This document shows positions 6,024-12,842 of a stretch of DNA of 13,104 bases, one piece after another (within the stretch, counting starts at the first letter, position 1; each line of letters starts with the position of its first letter). Source of the stretch: Clostridia bacterium (GTDB taxonomy: Bacteria; Bacillota; Clostridia; Oscillospirales; Acutalibacteraceae); NCBI GenBank assembly GCA_017634155.1, contig JAGBNX010000012.1:1-13104 (forward strand). The letters are read 5' to 3'. Below the pieces are notes generated by a model. It did no database searches, was not told where the DNA came from, and worked only from the letters and a program-made list of their open reading frames with translations. The position numbers and the translations under genes are program-made.

Positions 6024-7657
6024 GACTCTATTTCGATTCTTTCGAATAAAAGTTCTAGATTTTTTATTTCGAAATTACCTGTTATCAATAAAGGCTTCCA
6101 ATTATATTTATATTTATATTTATATTCAGAATTCGATATCGAAAGCATATTTTTAATTTTTTGCGCAGCATCAGGCATGAACGGATAAATCAAATTTGAT
6201 AAATTAATTATAATATACAAACAAGTATAAGTCGTATTATTAAATTCCTGAATATTTGTTTCGACTTGATTCCATGGCTGACGCTCGTCGTAATATTTAT
6301 TTGCCAAATTTATATATTCGTTTAAATAAATAATAGCATTTTTGAATTCGCCTTTTTCGATCGACAAGCCCATGTTTTCATACACTTGTTCTGTCTTGTT
6401 AATTATATTTTTGTCAATAACTGCCTCAGTAATTTTGCCATTAAATTTTTTTGTGATATACGAAAAATTTCTGTTAACAAAATTCCCGAGTGCGCCAACT
6501 AAAAATTTATTATGAATCTGGGCTATTTCTTCAATTGAACAGTTAGTATCTCTAGTTTCCGGACCGTAAAACATGAAATAATATCTTAGAGTATCTTTTT
6601 TGAATATATCTAAAAGCTCGTTCGCAGTAATTAAATTGCCAGTTCTTTTGGACATTTTTTCGTTATTTAAATTAACATAAGCACTCGAAATTATATAATC
6701 AGGCATTCTGTAATTTTTATTTAAAGCCATTAATAATGCCGGAAAAATTATCGTATGAAACGGAATATTATCTTTTCCGTGAACATAGTAAGTTAATAAA
6801 TTTTTATTGCTATCAGATAAAAATTTATCAAATTCTAAGTTTATTCTGTCAGCTGTTTCCTGACCAGCAGACAAATATCCCAAGACTGCCTCAATCCAGA
6901 CGTATATTCTTTTATCTTGGTAATTTTCAACAGGGACTTCTATGCCCCAATTTATCTGTCTAGTAGTAGCTCTGTCTATTAATCCCATGTCGATAAATTT
7001 TTGAGATTCTCCCAGAGCATTTTTTCTCCAAGTATTTTGGCGATTATTTATAAGCTCTTGCAAACTTTCTTGAAATTCAGAAAGTTTAAAATACAAATGC
7101 TTATTATTTTTTGTAATAGTTTTACTGCCGCAATCTTTGCAGTGTTTTTCAAGAACTTGGCTACTATCAAGAGAAATCAGGCAATCTTCGCATTGCTCGC
7201 CCGTACTTTTCCCGCCGCATTCAGGGCATGTGCCTGAAATTTCTCTATCAGATAAAAATCTTTTGCATTTTTCACAAAAATCCTGAGGAATTTCTTTTTC
7301 GTAAATATAATTATTTTTAATAAATTCTTTAAAGCATTCTTGCACATAATTTTTATGAAAATCCGACATGGTCTTTGAGTAATTATCATATTCGAATCCG
7401 AGTCTTCCAAAAGTTTTTTCAAATTCTCGATGATAATGCTGCGCTATTTTTTCCGGTTCAGAATTTTCTTTTTTAGCTCTTTCGGTTATGGGCGTTCCGT
7501 GACAGTCAGAGCCAGATACATAAATAACATTATCGCCATTTATTCTAAAATATTTAGCCAAAACATCGCCAGGCAGTAGTGCCGCCAAATGCCCTACATG
7601 TAAATAATAATTAGCATACGGCCACGCGCCACCGATAAAAATATCTCTTTTACTCAC
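6011..7657 (-). CDS. metG: Methionine--tRNA ligase
   Basis: 548 aa. The HIGH motif is present as YLHVGHLAA and the KMSKS motif as EKMSKRTGN. Four CxxC knuckles (CEKC, CPEC, CEDC, CKDC) match the MetRS zinc-binding insertion. The start is GTG at 7655-7657, with SD GGGGAG 5 nt upstream. There is no C-terminal tRNA-binding extension. Confidence 0.95.
   Translation of the reverse strand: MSKRDIFIGGAWPYANYYLHVGHLAALLPGDVLAKYFRINGDNVIYVSGSDCHGTPITERAKKENSEPEKIAQHYHREFEKTFGRLGFEYDNYSKTMSDFHKNYVQECFKEFIKNNYIYEKEIPQDFCEKCKRFLSDREISGTCPECGGKSTGEQCEDCLISLDSSQVLEKHCKDCGSKTITKNNKHLYFKLSEFQESLQELINNRQNTWRKNALGESQKFIDMGLIDRATTRQINWGIEVPVENYQDKRIYVWIEAVLGYLSAGQETADRINLEFDKFLSDSNKNLLTYYVHGKDNIPFHTIIFPALLMALNKNYRMPDYIISSAYVNLNNEKMSKRTGNLITANELLDIFKKDTLRYYFMFYGPETRDTNCSIEEIAQIHNKFLVGALGNFVNRNFSYITKKFNGKITEAVIDKNIINKTEQVYENMGLSIEKGEFKNAIIYLNEYINLANKYYDERQPWNQVETNIQEFNNTTYTCLYIIINLSNLIYPFMPDAAQKIKNMLSISNSEYKYKYKYNWKPLLITGNFEIKNLELLFERIEIESCKN
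6103..6126. repeat. Perfect hexanucleotide tandem repeat (TATATT)x4 inside metG
   Basis: Positions 6103-6126 read tatatt four times without interruption. The repeat is in frame on the minus strand and encodes the YKYKYKY stretch in ..SNSEYKYKYKYNWKP.. Confidence 0.9.
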
Positions 7658-7729
7658 AATAACTCCCCTATTTTTTACTCAAATTCCATGTCATATTTAT
7701 AATTATCATAATTTATAAAATTAATTAAA

Positions 7730-8560
7730 TCAGCCTAATTCTTTACTTAATTTATCGATATCATAACTAGATCCGTCAACCAAGAGTTCAAACTTATTAT
7801 CACGCATTCTAATACAAATATTGTGCCTATCAGAATAATCAAATTTACTAGATACAAAATTCAAGGAACAAATAACTGACAAGTTTTCTTTATTATCATT
7901 AGGATTTTTCTTGCTTCTGATAAAATCAACACTAATTGGAATGTCTGCTTTATCGAAAATTAATGGCATACGCATATCAGTTTTTAACTTCACAATTAAA
8001 TTAGCATAGCCAAAAAAAAGCACCACATTACAAGCAGACACTTGACCCCTTAGTTGTTCATTTATCTGAACGCTACCAAGTATATTTTTTAAAACCAAAA
8101 TTCGTCCAAGAGCATCCGCAATTTGCCGATTATCTGAAAGTTCTCGCCTGCCTAATACAGATACTTGATCAACATCAAAATCGATCCCCAACTTGACTTT
8201 TTCACCAACAAAATTTTGGGGGTTCCCCTTAAATACTTCTTCAAACGATCCCTTAGCAGCTACAAGCAATTTTTTAATATTTTCTAATTGGCCCTGACTC
8301 TTCAACGAAGATATAACAATTTTCGCAACTTCCTTTCTTTCCTCTAGGATTTTAACATACAACCCCCCACAAAAGAGGGCAACAGCACTAACAGCCATAG
8401 CAGTTCCTAAAGGTCCGCCCACGGATGACGACAAATTGCCCATAACCCCAGATGAAAATTCCATAACTCTGGAGTTCATCGCATTACTCTTTACATTTCC
8501 GTTTAAAGCTAATGTTAAAGCCATCAATAGTGCAATTTCTGATTTATTAATTTTTTTCAT
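7730..8560 (-). CDS. Hypothetical secreted/membrane protein
   Basis: 276-aa ORF with SD GAGGTGA (8568-8574) 7 nt upstream of the ATG. The N-terminus looks like a signal peptide (MKKINKSEIALLMALTLALNGNVKSNA). A Gly/Ser/Ala-rich hydrophobic segment follows (GGPLGTAMAVSAVALFCGGLYV). I recognise no family. Confidence 0.75.
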   Translation of the reverse strand: MKKINKSEIALLMALTLALNGNVKSNAMNSRVMEFSSGVMGNLSSSVGGPLGTAMAVSAVALFCGGLYVKILEERKEVAKIVISSLKSQGQLENIKKLLVAAKGSFEEVFKGNPQNFVGEKVKLGIDFDVDQVSVLGRRELSDNRQIADALGRILVLKNILGSVQINEQLRGQVSACNVVLFFGYANLIVKLKTDMRMPLIFDKADIPISVDFIRSKKNPNDNKENLSVICSLNFVSSKFDYSDRHNICIRMRDNKFELLVDGSSYDIDKLSKELG

Positions 8561-8657
8561 AAAAAATTCACCTCAAATATAATTTTTAATAATTTAATAT
8601 TTTTTAATATGTCTACTTAAAAAATTGAAAAACTTTTTCACCTCCTGAGTTGTTCTC

Positions 8658-8686
8658 ATTGTATCATGTTGTTTAAAATTTTTCAA
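8658..8686 (-). promoter_or_regulatory. Sigma70-type promoter with extended -10, upstream of the 276-aa gene
   Basis: The minus strand reads TTGAAA (8681-8686), a 17-nt spacer ending in TGA, then TACAAT (8658-8663). This gives a TGnTACAAT extended -10. The predicted transcription start is near 8651, about 90 nt upstream of the ATG. Confidence 0.55.
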
Positions 8687-8707
8687 CTAGTATCAAAACT
8701 CAACAAT

Positions 8708-8728
8708 AGAAAATTATACAAATTTTCT
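8708..8728 (-). terminator. Weak AT-rich hairpin downstream of feoB
   Basis: A perfect 8-bp inverted repeat AGAAAATT / AATTTTCT with the 5-nt loop ATACA begins 12 nt after the feoB stop. On the minus strand it is followed by a moderately U-rich tail (AUUGUUGAGUUUUGAU). Predicted stability is low. Confidence 0.3.
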
Positions 8729-8739
8729 GTAACTTTAAA

Positions 8740-10752
8740 TCATAATACAAAATTAAAAACTAAAATCGAAGCTATCAAAGCAATTATAGTATTTATAACT
8801 AAAGACAAACATGCCGAAAGTGTATCGCTTTCTTTCTTAAAAACTGCTAAGGCTGATATGCACGGCGGATAAAGTAAAATAAAAACTAGTATTGCTAGAG
8901 CGCTTGATTTTGTAAAATTTTGCAAGATTGCTTCGTTTAAATTTGACTCTTCTGCACCGTATACTATCGACATCGTGCTAATTATTGCTTCTTTTGATAA
9001 TAATCCAGTGATAAGTGATACTGCTGATTTCCAGTTGGCAAATCCCGAAAAAGTAAATATAGGTGCGATTAGACTGCCGAGTTTTGCAAGCAAGCTTTGT
9101 GAATTATCTTCTACGAATTTTAAATTCTGATCAAAAGATTGCAAAAACCAGATCACGACCGAAGAACCAAGTATTATTGCTCCCACGTGTTCTAAAAAAT
9201 CTTTTGATTGGTCCCAAAGATGCAAGTATAAATTATGCAACGACGGAACTTTATAATCAGGAAGTTCCATTATCATGGGCGACTCTCTGGGTTTTACTAT
9301 TTTTCTGAAAATAAAAGACATGAGTATTGCAAATAATATTCCTGTAAAATAAATTAAAAACATCATGATTGCTTTTTGTCTAGGAAAAAACGCATTTAAA
9401 AATACTAAATAAACAGGTATTTTTGCTCCGCAAGACATAAACGGAATCAAAAATATCGTGAGTTTTTTTTCTTTTTCGTTGTTAAGTATTCTCGTACTCA
9501 AAATTGCAGGGACACTGCAGCCGAAGCCCATTAAAAGCGGTACAAAAGCTTTGCCCGAAAGTCCTATTTTGCGCATTAATTTGTCCATTATGAATGCCGC
9601 GCGTGCCATATATCCGCTGTCTTCTAATAATGCAAGCATGCCAAATAATATTAAAATTTGTGGCAAAAAAGAAAGCACTTCACCCATTCCGGTTATAATT
9701 GCAAATATAAAACTTGAAAAAATATTATTTATTTTTAATTGATTTAATAAAATACTAATCGGATATTCGATGCCTTTATTTATAATATCTCTTGCAAAAC
9801 TTTGGCAGAAAGTTCCTATAGGACCAAAACTTACGTAAAAAATAACAAGCATTACGATTAAAAAAATCGGGATCGCTGCAAATTTATTTGTTATTATTTT
9901 GTCTATTTTTCTCGAGATTTTTATTTTTTTGATTTTATTTATGTCTGAAATAGCTTTTTTGCATATTTCTGCAGATTTTTTATATCTTTCAGCTGCGATA
10001 TTTTCTTCGTATCTTATTTCGTTCTGGAAGCCTCTGATTTCGTCTATTTTTTTTATTATGTCAAGCTTTAAATTAAGTGACGAAATTATCAAGGCATCAG
10101 ATTCTAAAACTTTTACCAAAACAAATCTGTTATTACAAAAATTAGAATTTAAATCTTGTAAAATTTTTTTGATTTTCGATATTTTAGATTCAATATCTTT
10201 GCTATAATTAAATATTTTAAAATTTTTATTATAATTATAATCAAGACTAGTAATTTTTTTTGTTAACTCTTCGATGCCTATATTTTTAGCGGCCGAAATT
10301 GGCACAACAGGAGTTCCCAACAAATTTTCAATAGTACAAAAATCGATTATTTTGCCCTTACGTTGCAATCTATCGCACATATTAAGAGCGATAATCACAG
10401 GCCTGCCGAGTTCTAAAATTTGAGTCGTAAGATAAAGATTACGCTCGAGATTTGTAGCATCGATTATATTTATTATTAAGTCAGTATTATTTTCGAGTAT
10501 AAAATTTCTGGTAATAATTTCTTCCGGAGAAAAAGGCGAGAGCGAATAAACTCCAGGTAAATCCGTAATTTTAACTGGGAAATTCGTATTTTTTATATAG
10601 CCTTCTTTTTTTTCGACCGTGACTCCCGGCCAGTTTCCGACATATTGTGCATTACCAGTTAATCTATTAAACAAAGTAGTTTTTCCAGTATTTGGATTGC
10701 CTACAAGAGAGACTCGTAAATTTTTATACTTATTATTTTTGTTATTAATCAT
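8740..10752 (-). CDS. feoB: Ferrous iron transporter FeoB (GTPase plus permease)
   Basis: 670 aa. The N-terminal G-domain has G1 GNPNTGKTT, G3 DLPG, G4 NMCD and G5 SAAKN. A long polytopic hydrophobic C-terminal domain follows. The ATGA start/stop overlaps feoA. Confidence 0.95.
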   Translation of the reverse strand: MINNKNNKYKNLRVSLVGNPNTGKTTLFNRLTGNAQYVGNWPGVTVEKKEGYIKNTNFPVKITDLPGVYSLSPFSPEEIITRNFILENNTDLIINIIDATNLERNLYLTTQILELGRPVIIALNMCDRLQRKGKIIDFCTIENLLGTPVVPISAAKNIGIEELTKKITSLDYNYNKNFKIFNYSKDIESKISKIKKILQDLNSNFCNNRFVLVKVLESDALIISSLNLKLDIIKKIDEIRGFQNEIRYEENIAAERYKKSAEICKKAISDINKIKKIKISRKIDKIITNKFAAIPIFLIVMLVIFYVSFGPIGTFCQSFARDIINKGIEYPISILLNQLKINNIFSSFIFAIITGMGEVLSFLPQILILFGMLALLEDSGYMARAAFIMDKLMRKIGLSGKAFVPLLMGFGCSVPAILSTRILNNEKEKKLTIFLIPFMSCGAKIPVYLVFLNAFFPRQKAIMMFLIYFTGILFAILMSFIFRKIVKPRESPMIMELPDYKVPSLHNLYLHLWDQSKDFLEHVGAIILGSSVVIWFLQSFDQNLKFVEDNSQSLLAKLGSLIAPIFTFSGFANWKSAVSLITGLLSKEAIISTMSIVYGAEESNLNEAILQNFTKSSALAILVFILLYPPCISALAVFKKESDTLSACLSLVINTIIALIASILVFNFVL

Positions 10753-10991
10753 GATTCGCTCTTTTCATACTCGACTACTATTTTTTCGGCTTCAGATTTT
10801 CTGATTATTAAATCATATTCTAAAAGACTTACTTGAATAGGGTCCCCCAAAGGCGCGACTTTAATAACTTCCATGCGAGTTCCAGGAAGAATCCCAACGT
10901 CCATTATGCGCCTTTTTATTTCGTCATGTTTTTCGCCTAAAATTTCTGAAACAACGACAACATCACCGGGTTTTGTATTTTTTAAAGTCAT
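10749..10991 (-). CDS. feoA: Ferrous iron transport protein FeoA
   Basis: This 80-aa protein lies immediately upstream of feoB and is translationally coupled to it. It contains a FeoA-like segment GDVVVVSEI..RRIMDVGILPGTRMEVIKVAPLGDPIQV. SD GGGGA lies 4-5 nt upstream of the ATG. Confidence 0.9.
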   Translation of the reverse strand: MTLKNTKPGDVVVVSEILGEKHDEIKRRIMDVGILPGTRMEVIKVAPLGDPIQVSLLEYDLIIRKSEAEKIVVEYEKSES

Positions 10992-11027
10992 GATTTCCCC
11001 GTTTAATAAAAAAATATGTACAGATTA

Positions 11028-11056
11028 ATTATATTGATTGTTTTATACTATGTAAA
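11028..11056 (-). promoter_or_regulatory. Sigma70-type promoter for feoAB
   Basis: The minus strand reads TTTACA (11051-11056), a 17-nt spacer, then a consensus TATAAT (11028-11033). This places it about 30 nt upstream of the feoA ATG. Confidence 0.6.
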
Positions 11057-11245
11057 GTATGCCAAACAAAATGGAATTAAGACTATAAAAGCTTTAACAA
11101 ACAAACGGCATACAATATAGCTAAAATCTTTAGATTTTTGCTCAAATTTACAAAAAATTATCTATTTCCCCTATTTTCGACAATTTTTTCCCATGGGGGT
11201 AGCTTTTTTTATGTAATTTATTATAATCATAGATTGTTAAATCTG

Positions 11246-11902
11246 TTGTTAGGTCGTGAAATTATTTTAGGTTCTATTTTTGAGAAAATCGAGAACAAAC
11301 CAGGTTTGTTAATGCTCAGCGGTGGTATCGTATCGGCAGTTATGCTGGCCTGTTTGAAGGATATGAAAACAGAATTACAAGCCGTTTTTTTTGGTTACCG
11401 AAGCAGTAAAAATATGGACAGACGAAGTGCAGAGAGATTGGCAAATTATTATGGTGTTGACTTGAAAATCGTGGATCTTAACGGAGTTTATGGAAGTATG
11501 CCTATTGAGTATCCTGTAAAGTTCGAAAAATTTAATGATTATTATATACCTTTTTTAAATGGTGTTATGGTTTCTGTTGCTGTTGCGTGTGCCTATTATT
11601 CTAGACGTAGAAATGTTATATGGGGCCTTACATCAAATTCATCAGCTTACTACTCTGATTGTTCTGTAAATTTTTTTAAATCACAGTCCAAAACAGTCTA
11701 TTATGGAACTAATTCTAACGTTAGATTAATAGCACCGTTTTTAGAAGTTTCAAAAGCGGAAGTTGTGCGTAAAGCAAAAAAATTAAATGTACCATTAGAA
11801 TTAACGCAAAGTTGTTTTTCTAACTTTGAAGGACCATGTGGTAAATGCTTTGGTTGTATTGAACGAGAACATGTTTTAAAATTTAACGGAAATGTATTTT
11901 AG
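11246..11902 (+). CDS. queC: QueC-family protein (7-cyano-7-deazaguanine synthase-like) with a divergent PP-loop
   Basis: The protein is colinear with QueC. Matching blocks are LLMLSGGIVSAVMLACL (PP-loop region), YIPFLNGVMVSVAVACAY, APFLEVSKAEV, and the C-terminal Zn cluster SCFSNFEGPCGKCFGCIER. The stop at 11902 is certain. The start is uncertain: in-frame candidates are TTG 11138 (the ORF-track limit), TTG 11246, TTG 11306 and ATG 11312. Homology begins only about 8 codons before SGG, so the first ~40-55 ORF codons are probably non-coding. Confidence 0.8.
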   Translation: MLGREIILGSIFEKIENKPGLLMLSGGIVSAVMLACLKDMKTELQAVFFGYRSSKNMDRRSAERLANYYGVDLKIVDLNGVYGSMPIEYPVKFEKFNDYYIPFLNGVMVSVAVACAYYSRRRNVIWGLTSNSSAYYSDCSVNFFKSQSKTVYYGTNSNVRLIAPFLEVSKAEVVRKAKKLNVPLELTQSCFSNFEGPCGKCFGCIEREHVLKFNGNVF

Positions 11903-11928
11903 AATTTTAAGAAAGTAGTGAGTAAAAT

Positions 11929-12258
11929 TTGTACATACTTATAAAAACAATAAAAGTTTCATCATCACATTATTTAAATTTGAATCATAATTCTAAAGAT
12001 CGTAATTTGCACGGTCACAATTATGTGATAAAAGTTTTTTGTAGGTCTGAGTCGCTCAATGAAGATGGGGTAGTATGTGATTGCAGTAAAATCAAAAATG
12101 CTATAGTTGAAGCTTTTGATCATAAAGAATTAAATAGACTGATACCTCAACCTACCATGGAAAACATCGCTAAGTATGTTTTTGATCTATCGGGTGATAA
12201 ATGTTTTAAAGTAGAAATTATGGAAACGGAGAACAATAAGGCTGTTTATGAAAAATAA
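11929..12258 (+). CDS. queD: QueD / 6-carboxytetrahydropterin synthase-like protein (PTPS family)
   Basis: 109 aa with a TTG start. PTPS/QueD motifs are SSSHYL (first Zn His), NLHGHNY (HGH Zn ligands), FDHKELN (Asp-His) and METEN (Glu). The position of the canonical catalytic Cys (C-x3-HGH) is Asp, in SKDRNLHGH. Confidence 0.8.
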   Translation: MYILIKTIKVSSSHYLNLNHNSKDRNLHGHNYVIKVFCRSESLNEDGVVCDCSKIKNAIVEAFDHKELNRLIPQPTMENIAKYVFDLSGDKCFKVEIMETENNKAVYEK

Positions 12259-12826
12259 TAATGTTGACAAGGCTCAAAAATTGACAAAAGAGCTTTTTGA
12301 ATGTCTGGGTATTAAACTCATGGAAGAAACGCCTAAGCGTTTTGTAGCTATGATGCAGTATCTTACTTCGTATGAAAATATTTCAAATGAAGAAATTGCA
12401 AATGCAGTTAACAAAACTTTCGAGGTAAATATAGAAACAGATTCCAAAAACATGGTTGTTGTAAAAGATATTGAAGTTTTTAGTTTATGTGAGCACCATA
12501 TTGCACTTATGTATGATATGAAAGTTTCAGTTGGATATATTCCAAATAATTTTGTCTTGGGACTTTCAAAGATTGTAAGATTAGTCGATATGGTTTGCAA
12601 AAGGCTGCAATTGCAAGAAAAAATTGCCGAAGATATAATTGATGTTATGAAAATTTTAACTAAAAGTGACAGTATAGCGGTTTATATTGAGGCTAAACAT
12701 AGCTGTGTTACTGCAAGAGGTATACATAATGTATCAGCAAAAACAGTAACAACAAATATGGGCGGCGAGTTTTTAAAGAGCGAAACGTTAAAGTTGTCAT
12801 TTTTGGAGAATATAAAGAATAGCTGA
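12248..12826 (+). CDS. folE: GTP cyclohydrolase I
   Basis: 192 aa. Motifs are FSLCEHHIALMY (CEHH), GLSKIVR, KRLQLQEKIAEDI (compare canonical RPQxQERxT) and EAKHSCVTARG (compare H-x-C-M-x-M-RG). It overlaps the queD stop by 11 nt. Confidence 0.9.
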   Translation: MKNNNVDKAQKLTKELFECLGIKLMEETPKRFVAMMQYLTSYENISNEEIANAVNKTFEVNIETDSKNMVVVKDIEVFSLCEHHIALMYDMKVSVGYIPNNFVLGLSKIVRLVDMVCKRLQLQEKIAEDIIDVMKILTKSDSIAVYIEAKHSCVTARGIHNVSAKTVTTNMGGEFLKSETLKLSFLENIKNS

Positions 12827-12842
12827 AAAATATCAAAACCAA

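Noticed and set aside
7658-7729. A T-box or other leader upstream of metG.
   Set aside because: Only 72 nt separate metG from the upstream gene, which is too short for a T-box leader. No specifier or T-box motif is visible.
10992-11060. A Fur box in the feoA promoter region (GATTAATTATATTGATTG at 11024-11041).
   Set aside because: The match to the 19-bp GATAATGATAATCATTATC consensus is poor and there is no clear dyad symmetry. AT-rich background makes such partial matches meaningless without a genome-specific matrix.
11057-11113. A 7-bp inverted repeat GTATGCC / GGCATAC separated by 43 nt in the feoA-queC divergent promoter region.
   Set aside because: One such 7-bp pair is roughly what chance predicts in a spacer of this size. 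The spacing is too long for a simple operator or hairpin.
10992-11311. A possible preQ1 riboswitch in the long leader upstream of queC. An AGGUUCUA octamer at 11269-11276 resembles part of the Bacillus preQ1-I aptamer, and ACAAACCAGG resembles the A-rich tail plus SD.
   Set aside because: I could not find the complementary P1 strand (CCUAA-like) or a consistent pseudoknot arrangement. The resemblance is limited to short AT-rich words. A covariance-model scan (Infernal with the preQ1-I/II/III models) would be needed to settle it.
989-12600. Short ORFs nested in, or antisense to, the long genes: 989-1219, 1899-2159, 3926-4123, 4110-4373, 4760-4978, 5508-5819, 6736-6963, 7001-7237, 7177-7422, 8666-8872, 9063-9308, 9458-9742, 9899-10207, 10619-10804 and 12274-12600.
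   Set aside because: All lie inside, or largely overlap, much longer ORFs that have recognisable products or conserved paralogs. Their translations are low-complexity F/L/I/K-rich strings, which is typical for off-frame reading of AT-rich coding DNA. None has a convincing SD.
12248-12826. The third que-cluster gene as QueF (preQ0 reductase), which shares the tunnel fold with FolE.
   Set aside because: It carries the FolE-specific CEHH, QLQE and H-x-C-x-x-x-RG motifs and lacks the QueF E-[SL]-K-[SA]-h-K motif.
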